A stretch of DNA of 64,000 bases from the human T2T-CHM13v2.0 reference genome, Homo sapiens (GCF_009914755.1 NC_060926.1); one strand, 5' to 3'. Shown: positions 13,846 through 26,315, counted from the first letter of the stretch. Program-made: numbers and translations. Notes: a model not told the origin generated them from the sequence alone.

Positions 13846-13928
13846 GGAGAGAGTGTTTTTCACTCCTGGGCTGGGCGGCATCTGGGCTGTTTGAAGAGAG
13901 TCTCCAGGGGGCACTGCATGAGGCTCAC

Positions 13929-13964
13929 CTTAGCTCCGGGGGGTCCCCTTCGGCCAAAGCCACC
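13929..13964 (-). CDS. COL6A3: Exon 24, triple helix (36 nt)
   Basis: GGFGRRGPPGAK; CAG/GTGAGC. Confidence 0.95.
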
Positions 13965-15294
13965 CTGTGGAAGAAAAAGTCCCACAAACTGTGAGGGGGA
14001 GCATGGGACGCTGGGCATGGGGCCTAGAGCTCTTTCAGACTTCACCCTCTTATTCTGCGGTTACTCAGGGGAATCTTCCCAAGCACCCACATCGTGCCAA
14101 GAACCAGAAACCACACCTCATCAGCCCTGGGGAAACTCGCACACACAGACACCCTTCCTCCACCCTCATCCGGGTGAAGTTTTGCTTCCTTGCTGCTCCT
14201 GTTAATCACCCAATGGAAGTTTTGAGAATTACTGCAGACCTGCCAAGCAAAATAATGACTCCTTTTGGCTGCACGATCCCAGCCAGTTTCAAATGAGGAA
14301 TGTGAAAAGGGAATGTCAACCTGTCTATTTTTCTTCCACCTTCCCAACTGTACTGAGAAGTCATGAAATACATTAATTATAATGGAAGGGAGTCCCAGGT
14401 TCTCCAAGTGATCCCGGCCAAACACAACACACACTCGGTTAAGTAAAATATCTGAAGCACACACATGTGCACCTAAACGTCTCGTGTACTTAGGTAGGGC
14501 TCACGACTTGGCAACATCTTCCTGGATGCTCCAGAGGTGACCTTTAGTTCAAACATGTGGGCTTACTTCACAAGTAATCCATTAATTTCCACCTCAAAAT
14601 TGTTTCCTCAGCAGTAGAAAGGTTTGGGGTGGGACTTTATGAATGTCCCAGGCGGTCTTTGCAAAGTTAGGGTTGGTGTTGCAGAGGCTGTGACCGACTA
14701 GCTCTGTTGTGGGGCTCAGTCATCTGCTACATCAACCTAGGAACCTCACTCTCCACTTCCAATGGACCAGCCCAGTGATCTGCGGTGACCAGTTTGCCAT
14801 TATTCGCTGTAATGCCACCTGCTTCAGCGGAAGATCTTGGCCACCTTCCATGGAAAATTTGAGACAAGGGGACACTGTTCTCCTCTACAAACCAACAATC
14901 TGGCCTGGCCCCTCCCAAAAGAGACATGCTAGAGTTCCATGAGAGTCCAGCAGCACTCAGTGATACATTGCTCAGGCCAGAGGCCGCCTGCGGAGACTCT
15001 AGAAAGGGGATGTAGGCATGCTGAAGCCCAGTGGGAGGGACACATTTCAGCTTGGCCTGAGCCTGGCACTGTGGTCCTAAGGGAAGGGATAGCAGGCCAT
15101 TAGACCACAAAAGGAAGAACTGAGTCCTCAAGAGCCCGTGACTGAAACCGAATTCAAATCCAGTTTCTACCTTGTGTGTAGAATTGAAATTAATTGTATG
15201 AACTACTCAATTTTAAGTCATTTCATGAAACCAAGTTTTGGCTCTGCTCACACGCTGAGTTGTAATAGCCCATTGTAACATTTGATGAGTATTT

Positions 15295-15332
15295 CTTCTT
15301 TTTCATTATATAGCTTCTTTTTCATTATATAG
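15295..15332. repeat. Perfect 19-bp tandem duplication
   Basis: CTTCTTTTTCATTATATAG x2. Confidence 0.9.
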
Positions 15333-16367
15333 CATTATTCAAAAATAATGCTCACTTCCAAGCAGTTGATCCAGGTCTTTACAATTTATTAAAAATAAAT
15401 AAATAAATAGTGCTCAAACATTTTAAAATGATATTTTCCAAATTTCTATTTTCTTCTGAATTTTCAAAGCAAAATGATGCCCATAGTCCATCAATTTGAT
15501 TTTGGTGAGTCGCTCCTTTTGAAAGCCCCTCACCCCAGCGAACTCTACTGGCCCAAGTGCCGGGCCGAACGAGCCACTGCCCCTCAGGGCGTGGCTGAGG
15601 GCCCAGTTCCCAGCACCCAGCCCCAGCTTGCAGCCTTTGTGCTCTGTTCATTTCTGAGCAGAGACCTCCCCTAGGCACCCACCAGCATCCTGAATTTCCT
15701 CTGAGAGGTTACAAACTTCTACACCACTGGTCTTCTCCCAGCTACAAGGCAGATGCTGTCTGTGCCCGAGGACCTTGGAAGCTTTTGGTTGGCTTCAGAA
15801 AGATCATTCACATCACTTTGACTTTAGCATTTATTCAACAAGACTGAGGATTAGGCATACAAGGAGCTATTCTGCTACAGACATTTCTGAAATGTCTTGA
15901 AATTGCAAGATGCAATACGCCAGAAAAAGAAGAAATCTAGTTTTTTTATTTCACTTACAGCATCCCCCCAAAAACCCACAGATAATTACAAAAACAACAA
16001 ATCCACAACTCCCTCAGCCCTCTTGCCCCTTATTCCCTCCCTCCCCCCGTATTAGGATTTCCATTTGGGTTTCTTAAATATTTAGTTGGATCAAACCTGG
16101 CCCGATATTTGAAAGTAGCAAAGATATTATTTTTAAAAGTATCTGTTCAGTATGTTTTTGGGGAGAGCAAGAATTGGGGAGAGAGAAGAGATGAAGCACC
16201 AGGGAAATTATAAGAATGAAAATAGATTGGAGTAACAACCGTTTCAGAAATCCTTTTACATTCACTCACTGCAGAGCTGTGGACTAACCATGCACCAGGT
16301 CATGTTGGGCAGATCTTATGGCACTAAGAATTGTCACAGAGCCCCCCAAAGCCCTAATGGCACTCAC

Positions 16368-16421
16368 ATTCTTCCCAGTTTCTCCAGGTCCTCCAGGTAC
16401 TCCATCTCTCCCTGGGACACC
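16368..16421 (-). CDS. COL6A3: Exon 23, triple helix (54 nt)
   Basis: GVPGRDGVPGGPGETGKN; CAG/GTGAGT. Confidence 0.95.
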
Positions 16422-16846
16422 CTGGTGTGGGGAAAATTAGCATGAGATTCTCATCTGCAGAGAAGAATGTCTAGCTCTGAAATGCTGCACAAGACATTGC
16501 AGGGAAAGGGGTCGATTCACAGAGGAAGAGCCCGTCTGCAGGACAGTTGCACACTTTGCAGGATGCACCGGACTTCAGTACACTCCCACCTCTACAAGCC
16601 TTTGGCTTAACAAGCACCTTCCGTAAATATCTAAGAGGCACAGATTCTGCTGAGAAGCCCCACTTGGCAAGGGTCACTCTGGTTCCCCACGGAGACTTCC
16701 TTCACGGGGACTCTGCTGCTAATCTTAGGCTACGTTGCAGTGTTAAAGGCCACGTCTTTGGCCTCTGTGGCTGCTGATGAGCCGAGAAGTGTGTCCTTTC
16801 TCTTGCCCTCAGTACAGGGAGAGTCTAGGAATGTGCAGCACCTTAC

Positions 16847-16912
16847 CATGGGGCCGAGGTCACCGGTTTCTCCTTTGGGTCCTCTCTCCTGGCTGTCTTG
16901 TCCTGGGTTACC
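16847..16912 (-). CDS. COL6A3: Exon 22, triple helix with interruption (66 nt)
   Basis: [22 protein letters not shown]; CAG/GTAAGG. Confidence 0.95.
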
Positions 16913-17550
16913 CTGAAAGCAACATGGGAAAGGGAAATGAGCCACATATGGAAGGAAAGCAGCTGCCACTGGACTGGATGGTCAGGGAAATATTAGCAAG
17001 GACCTGCATGCAAGGCTTCGAGGGACAAGCCCTTCGGCCACAACCCATCCAGGTAACATCCATGCAGGTCTTACGAAACCCAATCACGGGATCAGCAAAG
17101 CACTCTTAGCCCCAAACAGGTGCAATCGTTCTTCCCCAGGGAGGAGGATGCCCCAGGCTCACTCCTGCTTATCCTTGGCCACAGAGGCAGGATGGACTGG
17201 AAGAAGAGGCTAGCTTGTACTGCTCATTTGCTTAAACGTTTTACAGAGACACAAAATGAGAAAAGCTGCAAACTCTTCTCTTTTCCAAAAGCAAATTTGA
17301 AGTGCCCTGATACCACATTTTTGGAAACTTCTCAGATATTTGTATAACAGGACTTGCAAATGATTATCTGGTTAGCAAGAGAACCAACACATCTCCCCAA
17401 ACCCCCAAACTGCAAGAAAAAGACAAAGCACATATTTTATCAACGTGTTTTAAAGCAATTTCAAAAGTAGAATTCTTCCTTTCATCCCCCTTTCCCAACA
17501 ACCCTCTTCCCCAGGCTCAGGTCTGAAATCGTCAATAAAGAAATCTTTAC

Positions 17551-17613
17551 CGGGTCCCCTCGAATCCCAACATCTCCTCTTTCTCCTTTCTCTCCTCGAG
17601 GTCCTTTATCACC
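17551..17613 (-). CDS. COL6A3: Exon 21, triple helix (63 nt)
   Basis: [21 protein letters not shown]; TAG/GTAAAG. Confidence 0.95.
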
Positions 17614-17759
17614 CTAAAGAAAAAGCACAAGTGGATGCTAAAAACTAGATGTTTCCATTTTTATCTCACCCTAAAAATCACATTCTTCAACTCATAAATC
17701 TTAACTAGAACAATGTTTACAATTTACTCATTCACCATGAAGGCAAATTCACTTCCACA

Positions 17760-17990
17760 TATTTTTCATTCGTTTAGTAAATCCATGAATATTTATTGGG
17801 GACCCACTTTGTGCCAGGCACTGGAGATTTATTTATAACAAAACAAACTCAGTCCCTGCCCTATGGGATGTGATCTCGAAACAAGAAAATGTACTGTAAT
17901 GTGTCAGAGCTGAGAGGGGATGTAATGGGTGCACTCACAGGGGAGGTCAGGGAAGGCTGCCTGGAGGAAGCGGGCTTGATGTATATGAGG
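17760..17990 (-). mobile_element. L2 3'-end fragment
   Basis: ttcattcg...atatttattg...ctttgtgccaggcactgg...ggtcagggaaggctgcctggaggaag. Confidence 0.65.
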
Positions 17991-18064
17991 AAAGAAAATA
18001 ACTATTCCCTAAATGAAATGTTGATATTCTTTCCATAATAGCACCACCGTGGAAATACACCTAC

Positions 18065-18118
18065 CCTTCTTCCAGGATTCCCTTTCTCTCCAGAAGAACC
18101 AGGCAATCCTTTGTCTCC
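18065..18118 (-). CDS. COL6A3: Exon 20, triple helix (54 nt)
   Basis: GDKGLPGSSGEKGNPGRR; CAG/GTAGGT. Confidence 0.95.
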
Positions 18119-18235
18119 CTGCCAAAGACAAGGATTAAAGGTCACACCTGCTGCAATTTCTATCACAGACTGAGTTGTTAGTTTCTGGAATCTTCAGAAC
18201 CAAAAGCAGTTTGGACTTAGAGTAAAATCACTTAC

Positions 18236-18280
18236 ATCTTCACCATCCAGACCATCCAGTCCAATTTCTCCTACTTCGCC
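18236..18280 (-). CDS. COL6A3: Exon 19, triple helix (45 nt)
   Basis: GEVGEIGLDGLDGED; TAG/GTAAGT. Confidence 0.95.
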
Positions 18281-18391
18281 CTAAGAGGGAATAAGGCGGA
18301 CAGGTAAGTATAGAAAGCTATTCTGGCAAAGGAAGAAATGAGAAATACTGGGAGAGTTTTCCATTTGTAAAACAAAACCAAGCTTGCATAC

Positions 18392-18418
18392 CTTCTCTCC
18401 TGGGAATCCCCGAGAGCC
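18392..18418 (-). CDS. COL6A3: Exon 18, triple helix (27 nt)
   Basis: GSRGFPGEK; TAG/GTATGC. Confidence 0.94.
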
Positions 18419-19117
18419 CTAGAAGGCAAGGCGATAGGGGAAGCATTAGCTTTTCCTGCAGGGCTGGTCCCTCGGGCAGAAGAGGCCAAGGGCTGTTCCC
18501 CCACTCCACCCCATTTGAATGTTGCAGTGTCTGAAAATGTAATATTAGAGTCCTACCCCTTTGGATTCCTCTCTCACCACCACGTGCGATGTTTTAAAAC
18601 TAAAACTAGAACTGAATGCTTGGGTGGTCTTGGCTCCCTGGGCCGGCGGGGGTGGACCCCAAAACCCAGGGCAAGGAGCTGACTTTGTAACTTTGCAGCC
18701 CTTCCCTTCAGCACCTGCCTTCAAACTTCAGCAAACAGAGAAGCAAGTTCACCAGCCTTCAACCCACCTGCTGTCCTCTCACTCCACTCCCTTCCCTGAC
18801 TGCTCCCACGGTCCAGGGCCGGGGCCGTGGGCACCAGCCTACCCTCCGCCCTGGCCCATGTTCTCTCCTTGTGAGGGTTTCCTGGCTTCTTCATGTTTCC
18901 ACAGGAAACTATTTCTCCATTCTCAGGCTCCCCACCAGCTGCAGCCCCTGCTCCTGAACCCACCCTGCTCAGAACTGCCTTCCAATGAGAGGTCACGGGC
19001 TGCTGAATGCTGAGGTCAAGAAGCCTGGACCAGCGCCTCCCTCCCTGGCAGCATCTGGAGAAACTGCGAGTCACCTGACCCCTCCCCACGCTAGCAACCC
19101 CATCACCCACGCCTCAC

Positions 19118-19189
19118 CTTTACTCCTCTCTGGCCCGGGCAGCCCTGGAAACCTTGAGTGCCGTTCACACCAGGCGGACCACGCTCACC
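19118..19189 (-). CDS. COL6A3: Exon 17, triple helix (72 nt), contains the helical Cys
   Basis: [24 protein letters not shown]; CAG/GTGAGG. Confidence 0.96.
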
Positions 19190-20150
19190 CTGTTGTGAGA
19201 GACAAAGGCATTTTGCAAGCTGGAGCCCTTCATCACCCTTTCTCTGCCGGGCTTGCAGCAGCGTAAAGGGTACTGTGAACAGCATGCAGCAGAAAGCAGA
19301 TTTCACCATGGGGAACGCCGATCGAGGCTACGTGAGCCAGGGAGCCTCTTGGGCCCCTGCATGAGGCCTGGCCTGGAACCTGCAGTTTCCCTGAAGGGAA
19401 TGAGATCTGGGAGGGTAGCAGCGCAGACAGCACTGCCCTGTGGGGCAAGGGTGGGTGGCCCCCAGCACTGTGTCTCTGTGGGTGCTGAATCCCGGGAAGA
19501 CCCACCGGGCTGACAGCTCCTCCAAGTGATGCTTGATTCCCAGTTCTCTAGCCGAGCCCTGCCGGCTGGGCCCTGGTGACCACACTGTTCCTCGTGAGCC
19601 CCTCTGTCCCCTATCCCAGGGCTGGACCTTGATCTAGGGTCCCAAAGCTCCCCAGACAGGTGTCTGTCTTGGGCATTGCTCCCATGGACCCTGCTACTGG
19701 GGTCTGTCCATCCCCAAGACCCTCGGATACTGATGATCTGATCCAGCAACATCCCCTCCAGGGACTACCCTTAACGGGGTAACCCCTAAAGCCCTGGTGA
19801 GGTCTCCTGCTGTGTCCCTGCCCCTCAGCTCACTCCCATCTCTACTTGCATGTCTTAATCTAGTAGATACTGGGTGTGCAAATTCGGTGTCCCTCTGGCT
19901 CAGAAACCAATTAATCCCTCCTTCTGAAACAGAGTAAGAACAAATCCCACCCTTCATGCCCACATTTGTCATACTTCAATTATCGTACTTAGACATCCAG
20001 GCAAAGTTGTTAAGAAAAGTATAAATTAATTTTTCTCCCAAAGGGAAAGCCATCAGCAACTGAACAAATGATGAAATCCACAATGCAATCCCAATGGGTA
20101 AGGATCAAGGAGGGGGTGAAATTTTAGGGACTAAAACAATTTTTACTTAC

Positions 20151-20204
20151 GGGTCCACCCTCATCACCAGGATAGCCTCGGTAGCCGTCTTCTCCAGGAA
20201 TACC
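20151..20204 (-). CDS. COL6A3: Exon 16, triple helix (54 nt)
   Basis: GIPGEDGYRGYPGDEGGP; CAG/GTAAGT. Confidence 0.96.
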
Positions 20205-20768
20205 CTGAAACAAAGTAATCGGGTCCTCTGTTTAATCCCGTGGTCTTCTTTGCTCTACAGTAAGAATCCCTGTGGTCCCCCTTCATTTGGCAGAGCAGCA
20301 CTAAAACTCAGCATGGCTTTCCCTGTTACTGCTTTTCCCCTCAGTACACCATGTCACGATTCTCTCTATCAGGATCTCTAAGGCTCCTGCTCTGCCAAGA
20401 AAGCCTGTTAGTTCCTACTGACTCAGAGCAAATGCTATGAGTTCCAGCTGCCATTCGCAGCCAGGCTGCTGTCAGGGACGCCAGCTGCCTTTAACATTAT
20501 TTTATGAAATGAAGGACCAAGCTGTTAAAGCACAGATCCCCTTATCCTGTGCAAAAGGAGGGTCCCGCCTGAACCATCTTCACTGGAACAGGCCCCAGCA
20601 GAACAGCACGCAGGTCTGCCCCTCAGAGCTCCTCCTTCTAACATAAGAAATGGTCTCTCGTCTCCTCCTTCATCTCCACACTCTTCTGTTAGAGAAATTA
20701 CCCCACCAAAGTAATGTCGGGCTTCTGACACCTCATCTCAGGCGTGGGCAAGGGTAAAGCCACCGTAC

Positions 20769-20861
20769 CTTTGGCCCGATGCTGCCGATGGGCCCGCGGT
20801 CTCCCCTCTGCCCAGAGCACTTGCAGGGAACCCCACAGCAAGCTTTCTCGGCAATGTTGTC
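20769..20861 (-). CDS. COL6A3: Exon 15, Cys-rich junction and start of triple helix (93 nt)
   Basis: [31 protein letters not shown]; TAG/GTACGG. Confidence 0.96.
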
Positions 20862-22281
20862 CTACCGAAAGGAAGAGAAACCAAATGTTCAGATCTCAAG
20901 AAATGCCCAGCAGAAAATCATAAATGCGCTTTAAGGGTCAAAATCGGATGTGTGGGGGTTTCACGGTGTGAGATGAAGTCCCTCCAGGTGACATTTGCTG
21001 GACGACTGACGATATGATAGAAATTGCCAGCGAAGTCAGGAGGGCCCAGCTCCTGGCGGTCGGGGTGCAGATGGGAGGTCACCAATAGGAAAGTAAAGAA
21101 CAACCAAAGTAAAATAGATCTTATCCACAATATCACTGCAGGCTGGACCTTATTTCTAGAAGTTTCCATCATCAGATCTTAACTATAACTTACATATGTT
21201 CCAGTTCCAAAGTGCAAAGCCAAGCAAATGGCAGATGGCCAAGACTGAAGGTGGTTCCAGAACAGATATCCATGACCACCCTTCCTTGGAACCAGGGTGA
21301 GAGTCATGGGATATGGTACCAGCCCAGAAAGAGGCTTCCAGAGCAGCCATGGTGGGAGCAGGCACAAGTGGTCCTGGCCTCGGAGCCAAAAGCTTCTCAA
21401 CTCCAGGTCACACAGACACCCTCTACATTCTCATCCCATCTGGCCCCTGACCTTATGTGGGAAAGGGCATGCCCAAATACATTTCCATCTGCTAAACTAA
21501 TGGTGGGCACATGCACTTTCTTCCAACGAGCTTCCAAGAGCTTTCCCTTTCTCCCATATCCCAGATTTGTGAGCTAACTCAACCTACTTCCACTAGGAAA
21601 AAAATCCTGATTCTAACCCTGCAAAGAAGTATGGAAGAAAGGAAGGTCCATTCCTCCCATTCTCATAGCCACAGTCCACTGTTGCTACCATCAAAGAATC
21701 TCTGAGTTCGCAGCTCAGCCCCACATCTTCCAAAAGCTCCATCCCCAGTCTAAACCCAGGAGGTCACACCTCCAGCTGAGAGAGGCTGGCCCTGGGGAGA
21801 ATGAGGAAGCCTCAGAGGGAGCTTCATTGACACAGAGGGAAACTAGGGAGGGCAATTAAAGCACTTCTCCACCCAGAAACAGCCTTTCTTTTCCTGCATG
21901 TTGTTTTTATCATGCAAGATTTCAGATGCTCTTGACACAGTTTCCAATTGGAGGATGGACAATCTCGATGGTTTGCATCCCTGCAATGGTGTTAAAAGAG
22001 GCCGTTGCTAAGGGAGCAGAGAAAATGCTAAGGCCACAACCTCAGCGCGCCCAGGATCCCCTTCCAGCTCGCTGGATTTCCAGCGATTTGCTATCTCCAT
22101 TTCCAGATTCACATGTGTTATGGCAACAAGGCAGTTCCCAAGTGAATTAAATAAATTTAACTATCTACCAAGGCCCCCCCCCACCTCCATTCACCTGCTG
22201 ATAATTAACTTCATTCTCTTGAAATGCCAAAAGGTGTGGTATCTACACTGGTCTGTGTATAAAGACATAAAAAAAACTCAC

Positions 22282-22427
22282 AAGCTGCTCCGCTAGTTCA
22301 TAATCCAAGTCCAGCAAGTTAAGCCTCAGGGGCCTGTCATACATAAACCCTCGCCCAAACTCCAGATGCATTAGCCGCTCCAAGTTGACCACTCGTTCAA
22401 GGCCCACCAGGATCAAGGCACGGACTC
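22282..22427 (-). CDS. COL6A3: Exon 14, vWA N1 part 3 (146 nt)
   Basis: [14 protein letters not shown]...YELAEQL; CAG/GTGAGT. Confidence 0.95.
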
Positions 22428-23378
22428 CTGCAAAGAAAGACACATTTAATACAGCTCACCTAGGCATGTGGAAAATGCAATGTCCTTTTTTCCTGACTAC
22501 ATTTTTAAAGAAAACTTCAGTGTAAAATTTAGCTTTTAACTTAAATATATTTAATCAAGTTTACTGGCTACTCTGAATTGTTGAAATACTCAAACTTTGG
22601 ACTCTGCTGAATAATTGTTTCCGGTATGTCAATAACTAAACCTATTACTAAAAATATAGGAAGTGGCATCCATGAAGTGTATTCATGCATGAGTTCTCAA
22701 ACTCAGGCCCTCTGTAACACGAGTATGCTGTGGGAAGTATTGAAATACTAACACCTCCAAAATCAGATAATAGCAGCCTCATCTCCATTGCTTGGGAAAA
22801 GTAAGCTAATAAATAGAAAGTTCTTAGGATAAATTACACTTCTGTAATGGCATCCACTTTCTGATAGTCAGTGCTACCAAACGCCAAAGCAAGTGAATAG
22901 TCAAAGATCACATCTGATAATAGGCATGGCTGTCACCTTATGTTTGGTACGTCATTGCTTACATTATTTTCTTTGTATTATTTGGGTGTAGTGTTATTAA
23001 ATGTTGAACTGTGATAACTGCAAACCAAAAATAGAGCAATGTATTTTTATTAGTAACTAATTCCTAGTTTATGTGATGAAGTTAAATGAATCAATACGTC
23101 ATGATCTTTTGCAAAAGCATCATGCTTTCTGAACATTCTACCACCTGAACAGCCACAACACAACAGTAAAGCTGTCTAAGTACAGAAGGAATTTTTGTTA
23201 GCTCCATCCCACAGCTCCAAGCAGGTGATGAAGGGCCACAACGCTGGGAGGAAGAGTCTCCCAAGACAACGCTGCTCCCTTGGGGCGCTGCATTAGCAGA
23301 GAGGTTTCTCTCCAGCAGAGCAGTACACCCCGCCTCACCAGGGTTTACTTCTCATATTTAGAAAGCCTTGGCACCTAC

Positions 23379-23457
23379 CTTCTTGGCGGAGGTTCTCAGA
23401 TGCTCTGTGTAAATCAGCCAGATCTCCGTCTGCTCCATCAGTAAAATGAATGACCAC
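23379..23457 (-). CDS. COL6A3: Exon 13, vWA N1 part 2 (79 nt)
   Basis: [26 protein letters not shown]; CAG/GTAGGT boundaries; frame-consistent with exons 12 and 14. Confidence 0.95.
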
Positions 23458-23744
23458 CTGCAGATAAGAGAGCTGTCAAATCCCAGGAAAACTAAAAAGG
23501 AGTGTTGCAGACTGCTGATAGAAAACTGAGAGACTCGCTGTCTCAAGCCCTTCATTTTACACTTAAGGAAACTGAGGGCCCAAGTTGAGGAATGATTACC
23601 CATGTTCACAAGACTTTGATATTGCACTTAAAATGGAGGAGTATATTTGAGTGCTTAATTTATTTTAAAAAAGACAAGCAGCAATGACAATAAAAACAAT
23701 TTTTATCTCATTCTCATATTTCTAAGATGTAGTTTCTGCGAATC

Positions 23745-23978
23745 ATATGCATATGTGTGCATGCATGTGTGCGTGCATGTGTGTGCATGTGTGTGGGTAC
23801 ATATGTGTGTGTATGGGTGCATTGTGTGTGCATGTGTGTGCACGTGTGTGTGCATGTGTGGGTGTGTGGGTGTACATGTGTGTGGGTGCGTATGTGTGTG
23901 CATGTGTATGGGTGCATGTGCGTGCATGTGTGTGGGTGCATGTCTGTGGGTGTGTGTGCGTGTGTGCATGTGTGCATG
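23745..23978. repeat. Degenerate (TG/CATG)n alternating purine-pyrimidine tract
   Basis: ~235 bp of tgtgtgcatgtg-type units. Confidence 0.92.
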
Positions 23979-24357
23979 TGTTATGGGCTAAATTGTGTCC
24001 CCTCAAAATTTGTATGTTAAGTCCTAAACCCCAGTACCGTAAGAATGGGACTGTATTTGGAGATAGGGTCTTTAAAGAGGTAATTAAGGTTAATGAGATC
24101 TTTAGAGTGAACCTTAATCTAGTATGACTGATGTCCTTTTAGAAGAGGAGATTTGGACACAGACATGCACAGAGAGAAAGCCATGTGGAGACACAGGGAG
24201 AAGACCCCTGCCTACAAGCCAAGCAGAGAAGACTCAGGAGAAACAGCCCTGCCGACACCTCGAGGATGTCAAGCCTCCAAGACTGTGAGAAAATAAATGT
24301 CTGTTCCAAAAGCCCGCCAGGCTGTAGTACTTCATGATGATCCCTAGCAAACTCACA
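23979..24357 (+). mobile_element. MLT1B-like (ERVL-MaLR) solo LTR
   Basis: tgttatgggctaaattgtgtccc...gtatttggagatagggtctttaaagaggtaattaag...ccctagcaaact. Confidence 0.85.
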
Positions 24358-24726
24358 TGGTGTGTGTGTCTACACAATATATATGCATGTATATACACAC
24401 ATGCATGCATGCACACATACACACAGAGAAATGAAAGTGGAGAACGTACCTGACTGGACTATAATTAAACATAAATCAATCACAAATTCAACTCATTCAA
24501 GTTAAACTACTGATTTCCAGGATTCTTTTAGAGCTTACGTAAGACTACCAAAATGAGGAAGACAGTACATGACATTAGATCAGTTAATAACTAAGGGATT
24601 TTCCATATAGACACTAACAATCCAGTGAAACATGAAGAGGATTTAACTTGGGGGAAGGGCTTCCTCCTTTCCAGTAAAAATTTGGAAATTTCCCAGGGAG
24701 CACCTGAACCAACTGGCCCCACAGAC

Positions 24727-25064
24727 CTTCACGCTGTCCGGCGAGGACTGTCTGAACTTGTTCAGGTAGACCTTCAGGGTGTCCTCCGTGAGGACGTAGG
24801 GGTGCTGGCTGCGCATGTTCCGGAACTTCTCGAGCATCTCTGGCTGGTACTCGTCAAAGTCAAAGGCCTCCACCGGGCCCGAGGGCGTGTTGGCCACCAC
24901 TGACACACGCACGGTGGGCGAGCGGCCACCGCTGCAGCTGACCCTGTGCATCTGGCTGATTCTGTTCAAGATGGCGTCCACCTTGGACTCGAAGCCCTTC
25001 TGGGCCACAAAAACATTCTGGTCTCTAGAACCATCAAACCCCAGAATCACATCCAGATTACAAG
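24727..25064 (-). CDS. COL6A3: Exon 12, vWA N1 part 1 (338 nt)
   Basis: [16 protein letters not shown]...SSPDSVK; CAG acceptor, GTCTGT donor. Confidence 0.95.
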
Positions 25065-25715
25065 CTGGAAAGGAGAAATGCAGGTGATGAGTTCTCAGCT
25101 GGGGCTGAGGAGACGAACTCTACTTATACCAGCAGTAGGGACAACCCAGGCAGAGGACCAGGGCATCGCACTCAAGTGCAAAATGAGATCCTGTGTGTGT
25201 GAGCTTTGAGAAGCAATTCTATCCACCCCTCTCACAGAGAGAAATGAGGGTAGCTGTTAGGTGCCAAATAGTAAGCTATTTTAAAAAGTCAGCTTTGTTG
25301 GTGGTGTTAATTAACTTTGGTGTGATGATACACCACTGGTGTTTAGATGCACCCCAAGTTTGTGCTTTAAATTAAAAGCACTTGAAAATCAAATATTCTG
25401 ATCTCAAATACTTGATCTAATAAATCTATAATTAGACACAGGAATCAATAAATCTGAATTGTTTGAGGGATTAAGGAATAGGGGAGAAAAGTAAATCTTA
25501 TAAAAGCAAAATATGATAGACTTCTACTCTTGTCTTGGAAGAACGCCCTAGGTAGTGGTGAGGTGGGTGTCAGGACCAGTCCCAGTGGGTATAAGTAAAT
25601 GTATGAAGCAACCAAATGCCTAAGGACTCCAGAGGTCAGCACCAGGGACCAGACAGCTAAAGAGGCACAAATGTCAACAGGAAAGGATGGAAAATATGCA
25701 CATAATGGGAGTTAC

Positions 25716-26315
25716 CTTTGGCAGCATCAGTTACACCAGGGCAAAGGGTTTCATGCATCGCATCATGCAAAGTTTCCAAAACTTGCTCGCTCAGTTCGGA
25801 CAGCTCCTGGACGTTGCCCACGCGGAACGCTGTGGCGCTGTTGGACGCTATCTTTCCAACCTCCTCCGAGTCGATATTCCTCACTCCAACAGCAAACACT
25901 TTGACCCCCCTCTGGGTGAGGGCCAGGCTCACATCCTGTGCATCTTCCACCGACTTTCCTCCCGTGATCACAAAGGCAATCTGAGGGACCCGCTGGTCCA
26001 GGCGGCTGCCTGCCTCAGGCACAAAGTGGTTTACCCGCAGGTGCTCAAGGCCCACCTTAGTGTTGGCGTGTCTTCCCCCTTTGTAGACCACTTTGTTGAT
26101 GGCGTCAATAATCTGCCTCTTGGTAGAGAAGTCCTTCAGGAAGAATTCGTCAGTGGGGTCAGAGTTGTACTGGACAAGCCCCACTTGGATGGAGTCGCCA
26201 TCTTCATAAACTGTGTCCACTATTTCAGACACAAAACGAAGCACTTCCTGGAAACTGTCCCTCCTGAAGTTGATGGAACCATCCAACAGGAACACAATGT
26301 CTGCTTTCTTCTTCT
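25716..26315 (-). CDS. COL6A3: Exon 11, vWA domain N2 (600 nt)
   Basis: [17 protein letters not shown]...GVTDAAK; TAG acceptor, GTAACT donor. Confidence 0.96.

Noticed and set aside
18301-18310. Perfect CAG|GTAAGT on the + strand within intron 18
   Set aside because: Wrong strand for COL6A3, no supporting antisense exon, and expected by chance in 64 kb
23703-24127. His/Thr- and Cys/Val-rich ORFs resembling metal-binding proteins
   Set aside because: Artefact of the (TG/CA)n tract
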